The notes under the pieces were generated by a model. It saw only the letters and a program-made list of their open reading frames with translations. It was not told the origin of the DNA and did no database searches. Both the position numbers and the translations under genes were made by a program. Shown here one piece after another: positions 54,078 to 64,000 of a stretch of DNA of 64,000 nucleotides; positions within the stretch are counted from its first letter, which is position 1; each line of letters begins with the position of its first letter. This DNA is from Trichoplax sp. H2 (lineage: Eukaryota), in assembly GCA_003344405.1 (NCBI GenBank), contig NOWV01000141.1:62001-126000 (forward strand), read 5' to 3'.

Positions 54078-56600
54078 ATGTCTCTGAATCCAATCAATAA
54101 AAGCGTCTTTGACGGCCTTGATGAACCTAAATCAGAATCAGGATGCACTTACTGCTGTTGGACTTGTGTAAGACTGAAACTGACTATTTATTTTATGAAT
54201 ATCAATTCAATCAATTTAATGATGAAAATTGGCTTAACTTAATGTCACAATATTAAAGTATTTTTATATGATTTAATCAGAATGAAGATAAAGATGAAAC
54301 CATTAGGTTATTAAGCGGTGGTGAAGACTTTTTCGGTCGCCGTCGTGGTTTAACAAGATATGATGTTAAAGATGAAGAATTACCACCTAAAGATGTAAGT
54401 TATTCTGACTTGCTTCACCGGCTATTATTCTGTCGAAACACTGCCATCGATCATAATGGTATAAAGAATGTATCTTTTAATATTGCTATTTTGTTATCAA
54501 CTGTAGCAGCAAGGCATTTCATAATTAATGATTTACGTCTGCTCCTTTCTGAGCCCATATACTATAAATCAAAATAAATCCTATCTCAAACTATGAAATT
54601 ATTGCATTAGGTTGTATCAGACACATTAAAGAAATCTCTAGGCGCTGGCTATTTTGGAACAATCCATGATTTGCCTTACGATGAAGATCACTATATATTT
54701 AAGTCCTGGGATTTAAATGTAAGCCACCAATCTTTTATTATACTTCTATTATTATCGTAATTATTACTACCGTCATTCACTTTTAACTTTTATATTCCTG
54801 CTTCATATTCACGTTTAATGAGATCATTTAAATTATTTTCAAGGTTATACCATTTGATCATGAATCTAATAAAGATGAAATAAAACAAAGTGTCGATAAG
54901 CTGAAAAGGTGACTTATATAGCTAAAATTGATATGATCGTGTGATTTCTTGCATATTCCACATGTCATCTATTAGTCTTTGCTTACTATTCCAATTTCTT
55001 GTATTCTCATAGCTTCCACTTTGATCATCTGGTTGAAATATTTGCATATTACCGTGATTTTGAATTCCATGGCGTACTAGAAGAATATTGCTCAAGTAGT
55101 TTATATAAACGCATAAAATCGGTACGACTAAACTAGTAATGGAAATATATTAAACTTTTCCTTTAATACAAATACAAGAATGATATTTCCCGCTTTCTTT
55201 ATATTTTGCTGGAGTATTTTTTGGATAATAAGGTTAAAATTGATATTTTCTACTTAAATAGAGAGATGATCAAATTCTAACATGCCTTCAAAGATTCTCC
55301 ATTTTAAATGAAATTTTAGATGGCCTTCACTATCTGCATAGTAATAAAATTGTTCATAACAATTTAACAAGGTAAAGACAAATGAGAAACATAACATTAG
55401 CTTATGGCTAGTAATTATTTGAAAGATTTAACTATGGCATTGTTCTCGATAAGCTATATATTCATCCAAGGAATCTTGTAAACTTTGAACTCTTATCTGC
55501 TCGTTAATCTTAATTTGATTAGTACTTCTTATTAATCAATACTAGTCGGAATGTTCTTCTTAATGGTTCCTCTTACATTACCACAAAGCTAAGCCATGGT
55601 GGCTACTATAGTTTATTACCCTATATTAATAAGGGTATGAAAGATTGTGATGAAGATACACTAGCAAAGCAAGGGAAACTTGGATACATTTCCACTCAAG
55701 CTTTCGATGGCAAAGTGATTTCATCAAATGATGTTTATAGCTTTGGTGCAGTAAGTTATTTCTAGATACTTATAAAATCATATGTGAATAGTCAGGTTAA
55801 AGATTTAATAGTACTGAAGTGTTTAATCGAAATTTTCCTTTAAAGCGTTTTCATATTTTCGCTCTAAGAAAGTTACAAAATTGATATTACTTATTCATAA
55901 CTCTTCCTTAAACTCTAATGGCCTATTTTATAATCTTCCACGTAAGATTTTAATTGTCATGATTAGTGGCGATGAACCATATTTGCCTGATGATGATCCA
56001 CAATATACAGTAAGTCGTCGTTTGTATCCTTGCAGATGCAAATTTAAATATTCGCTTGCTTAATTGATTTCTATTTTAAAATTTTGTATGAATCGTGAAG
56101 AAGTATACTTACAATTCATATAATTTATTGTGGTTTAAAACAGTCTATGTGTAATCGGCTTATAATAAATGTCCTTGTGCTATTTGTGATATATGCATTA
56201 AAATATAGTTGATGTCAAAGTGATCACTTGTAATTTTATGCTCTGCTCTAGCGTGATTTATTATCGGATCATCAGCAATGGAATAATTGGAGATTGAAAG
56301 ATAGTAAAATTAAATGGGCAAAAAGAAAATTTACAGTAACTAAAAGAACTTTTCGAAGAGATTTACTTTCTTTGGCCAATTATTGTTTACATGATGACGA
56401 TCTAGAGAGACCAAGTTTAGACTGGGTATACACATATATACCAATTAAGAATATTTTAGAGCAATAATTCTCTAAATTTATAGATGGCTCTATAAATTAT
56501 ATTGACTAACTATGTTTTCCATTTCTTGATCATTAATTGTTGATTATAGATAAAAATGCAATTTAATAGATTGAAGAAAATTTATTTCAAAAAGAATTAG
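54078..56600 (+). CDS. IRAK/Pelle-like (TKL group) pseudokinase, 10 exons starting ~54078, 54281, 54612, 54844, 55014, 55262, 55546, 55947, 56252, 56550
   Basis: Spliced frame: LGAGYFGTI (Gly loop), YIFK, HLVEIFAY..EEYC..SL, LTCLQRFSILNEILDGLHYLH, IVHNNLTSRNVLL, KLSHGG, GKLGYISTQ, NDVYSFGAILIVMISGDEP, LANYCL..ERPSL. All introns are GT-AG and in phase. Missed by the ORF track because the exons are short. Confidence 0.85.
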
Positions 56601-57349
56601 CCTTAAACTCGGTAACCTAAATTAAATTATAGTAAATTTTTTATTATTTTTCTTCTAATTAAGTTAAATTATATCCCAGAAGCAAACAGTTTGATCTTAT
56701 TTAAGCCTTTCTGTATAAACCACTACTTTGCAAACTAAAATATACGTTGGCGAACCTTTTAAGGATTGAAAAATTAACTATGATGCTTTTCACTATCCAG
56801 TACTTTTATTTTTAAAATTTGACTATGTTGATAATAGAATGACGGCTATGACATGCTAAAGTAAATTGAAGATTGTAAGTTTATTTAATTTTAATCTAAC
56901 TTATGCCAAACAATGGAATATTGCAGAGATTTGAAAGAATTCAAGAATGATTACGAAGTTGATTGCAAATTCAATTCCATCTAAACATAACCAGAGTAGT
57001 GGCTAAATGAAAGCACAAACTATAAGGATACTAATGTCAGTAAATAAAAAATTGCGGAGTATATACCTAATTCGGCATTTCTCAAGCTTTAATTATCCTA
57101 TTCCACTTTCCCATTTACTACCACCTATATTACCAATAAAGTGATTGGCTTAACGAAAGATATGCCAGTTCTAGATCAAAGCTATATCATAGTAACGGTT
57201 TCTTTCCTATCATCTATTACTAGTATCATTTAGTAAACTGTAACATTTTTGTGATATAAACGTTAAGTATATCGGCAATTTACCGATAGTTTAAAATTTC
57301 AAACATAAGATACTAACGTGGATATCAGAATAAATAGCAACTACATAAA

Positions 57350-58833
57350 TTCATTCATGATAGTTGGAGATGCTGCCCCAGACCTGTAAACTGTTGTTAA
57401 TTACCATTCTAACTTATTCGTAGGTTGTAATTCAAATTCACCTCGCTGGAACTTATATCCAGATAAAAAATATGCAATAGAGTAATAGCTCTATGAATAA
57501 TTTTACTGATGTTTGCGATACAGTTCTCTCGTATTATTCTGCTATATACTTCTTCAAAAACTTTCTGCAATTTATATATTATGGTCTCTGTCAATAATAT
57601 CCAGTTTACTTGTATAAATGATGGTATTTATTGTCATCATTTCTACTATGATACTGTATAATAATGTAGACTTAAATTGATATATTATTGCTGAGATTTT
57701 AAATTCCGAAAGTAATAAAGTATGAAATATGTAAAATAATCTTATGGCTATTTACAATGTATTTCAATATATTTTTAGTGGTGTATACTTCTGTAAATAC
57801 TTGCTGCAATAGATGTAGCATGATATCTATCGCCAAGATAGTTTCCCGGCCATTTAAGAAAGACATTCTTGATGAATGATTGTAACTTAGAGATAAATAT
57901 CGACCAAAATTTTAGCATTAATCTTTGTTTTAAACAGTCAAAAATAGGATAACTTATTAGAGTAGATTTGTGAGATTCGATATGCGATAAAATTAGATTA
58001 GAAAGTACTGTACAAGTACTACATATATAGCATTTATTCAAATTACTGGAGTAGACTTACGAAATTTAGCATTGGGCTTCATTTGCTTTCATGATATTGT
58101 AATGGGCGTATATTATCATGAAACTTATTCAAATTGTTGAGGTAAACTTATAGTACAGTATTTAGTCTTGGATGTCATTATTGGAAAGTACTTTACAATG
58201 CTCTAATCTCCCAGAAATTTGTGAAACTAAAATACTACGAAAACAGTAAAAAATGCTACTACTAAAAGATATTCTTTGAACAAAGTTGCATAGATAACCT
58301 GGCAATTATATGAAGTTTTACAATTATTCCTGTACTTTGAGCTGTCTTCCTGCTTTAATCGATGCCTTAATATATATATAATACTATCGCTTCGGTTATA
58401 GTGAGGCAAATTTAGTTAAAGTGCTAAATTGTTGGCAAATGCTAGGATCATATTTAAGCGGTACCTTTTATATTCTCTTAAAATTCTTCTAGTACATCAT
58501 TCTTCAAGTGGCCGAATCCGAACCAATTCTAGGAAATTATCCTAGTGCTGTAGAAAATTGTATAGGAAGGCTAATTTTTGCGTACCGCTTTTGATTACTA
58601 TTTTGAATCGACAGTACGCGTATTGCAATTAATTAAAATCTATATGTATATCTGATGTAATAATTCAAAATTGTTTTATGTGTACGAATACTGTAGCAGA
58701 ATGTTATTGTAGCCATCATCCAAACATATTTACACTTGCACACCTTTAATATTTGAAACATTACTACAACGGTAGCTTTGTAGTCGTTACGGTTGTCAGT
58801 TGATAATTTGTTCCTCTTCCTAAAGTTGTCCAT
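57350..58833 (-). CDS. Possible small multi-exon gene of unknown function
   Basis: Several open stretches bounded by plausible AG/GT sites (MDNFRKRNKL..FQILK; RLMLKFWSIFISKLQSFIKNVFLKWPGNYLG; ETIIYKLQKVFEEVYSRII..). No recognisable domain, and phases are not fully reconciled. Confidence 0.3.
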
Positions 58834-60830
58834 ATTCGTTAGATGTATATTGGAATTTATTACTCAATTGATAGCAATAATTCGAGATTTCTGAATATTC
58901 TATCGATATCCATTAACGTACTCTGGCTGTCTAGGTAGATATTACACGTCATAGGTGAATATACAAGAGGCTAGTTTATATTGCTAATAATAATATCAAA
59001 GAAAATGGAATGGATAGAATTGTAGATACGATACTGTATTAGCTCATTAGGCAATGCAGTTGTAGCATCTGGAAAGAATACTAACAGTTTTACTGCATAT
59101 TTATTCTGGAAACGATTTAATCTAAGCGCGCAAGTTTGCAGCTTGGATTTTAAGACATTTTTATTGGAATTCTATAGTAATTTTAGCAAGTTCTATATCT
59201 CCTGCAGTTGAACTGTGTCAACAGAAGGCACTAAGACTACATTTTCGACTGCTAGTTCACTCTACTTCGCTTTTTAATTATAATTAAGTATTGAGTATAT
59301 TCTGCTTAATAATATTCACTTGCTACTGTATGCACAATTAATTGATTCCATCAAAACATGTTATGCCGAAAGACAATACTACCCATTAATCCCTTTGATA
59401 CTGTATGCATGAATATATTATACCATAGTTGCTGAGTAATGCAATCTAGCAATAACAATTCGGTTCTTGTCCGTACACGTATAATAATTATGTAGTCATC
59501 TCCTGTGCATCAATATTGTGGCGTGTCCTAGCTGCAGCGTATATATACATGTCATTAAACTAAACTAATATCGGCAGCTACAACTTAATAAACTCTTCCA
59601 GTCGGCCTATCTACGCGTCGAAGGATAGATCGATTCGGCCAGATTGGTCTCAATCTAGACGGCATGCTAACGATATCGTAATAGCATGCAGCAATAGATC
59701 AAAGTAGCTTAATTATTCGATATCAATGTTGGCCATTCGCCCTTGCCCACCATAGGAAATCGAGCTGATGAAATCGGCTAGCACTCACTTTGCTGTATTC
59801 CCAATTATCTGAAACAAGCTGCTTTCTTCTCTACGTTAAGAAATAAGATGAAATCATTAGGCGCTAACTTGTTGCAAGTTATCATATGGCTATCATGTTA
59901 TTACTAAATTATCACGTGACAAAGTGGATCTGCGATCATTAATTTAACCATTATAATCGTGATTGCAGATTAATCAATAAATGGAAGAATAATATTGTAG
60001 GTGCAGGGATGGGCAATGTCCACGTTGAAAAGAATTACAAAATATTAACATCGATTGGTTGCTACATTTCATAACAACTATTATCATCAACAAAAGTTGT
60101 ATAGTATCGCGGCGATCTGCCACTAGGTCTTTCAAAAGGCGCTAATATGTCAACATGTTCAAGGAGATGGAAAACAGTCAATAATGTAATCAAACACGAA
60201 AAAAACACTATTTTCCTCTTCAAGTTTTTACATCGATTCTATATATATTGCTTTTCTTTCAAGTAAACGTTGATAAGCTCTTCGGAACTCAACTATTGCA
60301 GTATTCATGGAATTGCTGTTGATGTCGAACAATTTCAAATGGCGCAGTGCACGTTATTTAGGGACGAATGTAGACAAGCGATGATAGAATGCCCTCGCGG
60401 TAGCTGTGTACAATTAATAGAACACGGAGAAGCTTGATCGATTGGGAAATTAAACATGTTATCCAGTACTGCGTCATTAGCAGAAAGAAACTTAAGAAAG
60501 AAATTCCAGTTGAGCATTTGCCTTTAGGCTTTATTAGTTATTCCAATGGCATGATGTATAGGTGGTAGACAGCGTTCGCATAGCAAATTACGTCATGTTA
60601 ACGTAAAACAATACACGGATAATTTAATTTTTCAATTCTGATGATCAAAGCATTGCCGCTGCTATTTCTATCATAACAGAGGAGAGAATCTAGCTCGAAT
60701 GATAGAATTATCGATGCCTCGATTTTGCAGGGTGCATCATCTGTGTAGAGCCAAGATAACTCGCTGTAACTCTCTTTTGGAATTAATAAATTTCCTTTGC
60801 AGATCGTGGCCGTAGTTTGCACGTGTACAG

Positions 60831-61062
60831 ATTAAAATGGCCCAAGGAGAATGTGGCCATAATTTAATTTAAATGGCACATCAGTAGAGTGTGGCCGCAA
60901 TTTAAATGGCCCTAATCAAACATGACTATGATTGAAATGATCCAAGTACTGCAGATGATGGTTATGATTTAAGTTTCCCAAGTAAAATGTTACCACGATT
61001 TAAATAGTCAACGTAAAGTATGGCGATGATTTAAGCGGCCCAAATAAAATGCGGCCACGATT
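60831..61062. repeat. Degenerate ~30-bp minisatellite
   Basis: Recurring atttaaatggccca.....atgtggcca.ga units. Confidence 0.7.
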
Positions 61063-61982
61063 GATTGCTTACTCAATGCACAGTAATCGTCTTGAAATCA
61101 ATCATTGGATCACGCCATTCTTGTGTACAAGCTGATTAATGTACTCTTCAGTTCCATGGTACAGCAGAAATCATCCCTTTTTAAGGATCATTTGTTAGAG
61201 AATAAACTGCCATACTGTACACTATCAATGTACTATATATTCTACAGCAAGTAGGAGGAGTTTAATGGCATTGCTAATTAAAAGAAATGTTTATGCTTTA
61301 ATCTTAATTGATGATGATAAATGCTTACGGATAATAATTTTAACCGAAACTAAATTGCCATGCACTATCCATATGCAATCTATAAAAGAAGTTGAATGAC
61401 AAGGTTGATAGACTCGATTAATTTGTAATGCTTTTAATTCGAATAGGAGAGTAATAAGGGATAATTGAGTTAAGTTCATTTTCGTGCAGCCATTAGCAAA
61501 GGATCGCAAGGCTGTTGTTGCAAATATACAGTCACTACCTGTAGCTCAGTAGGTTATCATGAGCTAAATGAGCCGTTAATGATATCCATGATGATGTTGC
61601 TAGGTGGTTTTTCAGTAATATTATGGATGGATACAACGGTGCCATGACGATGTCGATGGGACGAATAGGATTATAGATTTTAGACTGGACACGAAGGCAC
61701 GTATCGAACACTTGGCAATCTAGTATCGCTGCGGGAATATTTACCCTCCAGCTTTCAAATCAATCACAAGAACTAATTAATTGAATTAATTAATCCATCG
61801 CGGGGCTAAGCACATCTTGCAGCGAACTTACTCTGTCATAACGTCATTTTCCTCATCCATTTTGTTGATCGATTGCCAATTGATTGATTGATCGATCAAG
61901 GAAAAAATTATTCCTCTACGTTGGATGAGCCCATCCTTAAATCAGAGTCAAGCGTGGACAGCATAGCATGCGCAACGATGGA

Positions 61983-62338
61983 GGAATAGGTCATGGTAGC
62001 AAATCATCGGCTAGAAATTGCGTTGACAAAGTAAGACAAGAAAGGCTCCTCTTGCCTCTGTAAAATTCCATTTTGTCATTATTGTTGATTTCTACCTATT
62101 TATATACGGACTATTGAAAGAAAAATAATGACAACTACAGTAGTAAAATTAAAAATAGAGTTAAGGAATAGCTCATGGTAGCAAATCATCGGCTAGAAAT
62201 TGCGTTGACAAAGTAAGACAAAAATGGCTCCTCTTGCCTCCGTAACATTCCATTTTATCATTATTGTTGATTTCTACCTATTTATTTACGGACTATTGAA
62301 AGAAAAATAATAACAACTACTGTAGTAAAATTAAAAAT
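61983..62338. repeat. ~183-bp tandem duplication
   Basis: ggaatag.tcatggtagcaaatcatcggctagaaattgcgttgacaaagtaagaca...gtagtaaaattaaaaat occurs twice. Confidence 0.9.
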
Positions 62339-62399
62339 GGGGTTTTAGCCTGATGAAACTGACTATAGTGATATCATTTTCTACAGTCAGTTCGATTGC

Positions 62400-63460
62400 A
62401 GTAAATAGAAAGCAGTTAGTCGATGATGGCTACAACAAAGTCACGTTGGAAGAGAAAATGAGCTCATTATTATTGCAAAATATCCGATCGTAGTCGAGTT
62501 CTTTCTTTTCTTGTTCTAGCGGTGAGCTTAGATTCATAACAATGTCTAATTGCAGTATAGTAGTAGATTTTTTGCTCGGATAAAAACAGTTCATCGTTAC
62601 CTAATTTTGAATTAGATTATATAGAAAATAGTACGTGCATGACGAGCTATAACGACAGTATAATGGAATAGGTCAGGTTGGAAGAGAAAATTAAATTATT
62701 ACTATTGCAATATATCCGATCGTAATTGAGTTCTTTCTTCTCTTGTTCTGTCGATGAGCTCAGCTTAATCACAATGACCAATTGCAGTAGTAGAATGTTT
62801 GTTGTGATGAAAATAGTTCATGGCTGTCTGATCGGTAGAGCATCTAAATTTGAATTAGATTATACTCGTATATAGCAAACAGTATTTCGATGATGAGCCA
62901 CCACTTATAATGTAACAAGACAGGTTGGAAGAGAAAATTAAATCGTTTCTGTTCTGAAATATCCGATCGCAATTGAGTTCTTTCTTCTCTTGTTCTATCG
63001 ATGAGCTCAGGTTAATAATATTGACAAATTGCAGTATATGCTGTCGTAGAATTTTTTTTGTGATGAAAATAGTTCATCGTTACCTGATCGGCACAGCATC
63101 TCATTTCGAATTAGATTATGTCGAAAATGGTATGTCGATGATGAGCTGCAACTACAGTACAACGTAACAAGTCATATCGGAAAAAAATTAAATTATTGCT
63201 CTTACAAAAATATCCGATCATAGTCTTGTTCTTTCTTCTCTTGTTCTGTCGATGAGCTCTGATCCATTACAAATTGCAAAATCGAACTTCTTGTTCCGTT
63301 GAAAACAATTTGTAGTTTTCTATTTTTGAATTAGATTATATAGCAACGCAGTTATCTATCGATGATGGCTATGTTGTACAAGAAAATTAGATTATTTACT
63401 GTTACAAAATGTCCGATCATAGTCAAGTTCTTTCTTCTCCTGATAATTAGCTCAGGTTAA
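62400..63460. repeat. Degenerate ~230-250-bp tandem array, about 5 copies
   Basis: Recurring ttggaagagaaaatta...atatccgatcg.a.t.gagttctttcttctcttgttct.tcgatgagctc...gaattagattat. Confidence 0.8.
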
Positions 63461-63534
63461 TAACGTGATGAACCTTTTCTAAACATGAATCTCATTTTTT
63501 CCAGGGGAGACTCAGCAATTCATAAATAATCCAC

Positions 63535-63603
63535 ATGGATGATAGCGATCAAGTTCAAGAGCAAGGCTCCGTTTTCTGCTGCTGTTTTACTCTATCCAAT
63601 AAG
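63535..63603 (+). CDS. Possible first coding exon of a gene running toward or off the window end (MDDSDQVQEQGSVFCCCFTLSNK)
   Basis: Strong acceptor ttttttccag at 63504, ATG at 63535, donor aag|gtaac; another acceptor tttccttgcag near 63766. No family recognised. Confidence 0.3.
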
Positions 63604-64000
63604 GTAACTTTGATAAGCACCTTGAAGTATGACTACTGAGCTAGAAGAGAATACTGTAGGATATTTTTCTGCCTTTATTGATTGATTTAATGAATACGCC
63701 ATTGAAATACTCGTATGCTGACCTTTGTGCAGTATGCTATGGCTATAGGATATCATTTCCTTGCAGGCCAGATACTTTATGGATGCCAACAGCAGATTGT
63801 GCCATGATGGCGCTATCGTAATAAAAGAATGAAATTTAATCATGACATGTCGTGATTACCCTTCCATAGGGCAAGCACATTGCTCTGCCTATGGCGCAGT
63901 AGAGTAATCTCTTTGCAGTACAGGCTTAAGTCAATAATTAAATAATTATTTAAGAGTATATAATTAATCGATGTTATTGATATCAGCAAATTCCTCCTTA

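Overview
AT-rich eukaryotic (animal) genomic DNA with many short GT-AG introns and several N gaps. Gene content and style suggest a compact basal-metazoan genome, possibly a placozoan such as Trichoplax; this is inference only. Gene models were built by hand from splice sites and are unverified by transcripts or searches. They are: a mitochondrial-clan cytochrome P450 (+), a very divergent importin-alpha-like ARM protein (-), a minimal Sprouty-domain gene (+) after a ~12 kb stretch with no recognisable CDS, NDFIP (-), an intron-containing Sola-type transposase-derived gene (+), RFC3 (+), DELE1 (-) and an IRAK/Pelle-like pseudokinase (+). The top candidate for something undescribed is the apparently domesticated transposase, which is intact but has a D-to-N change at the predicted third catalytic residue. 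Other points of interest are two apparently intact 'dead' paralogues (importin-alpha without its Trp/Asn NLS-binding array, and a Cys-cluster IRAK-like pseudokinase without a death domain), a candidate new PPxY micro-exon in NDFIP, and CTGTA/CAGTA pentamer palindromes whose copy number differs between duplicated segments. Most duplications next to N gaps look like uncollapsed haplotypes.
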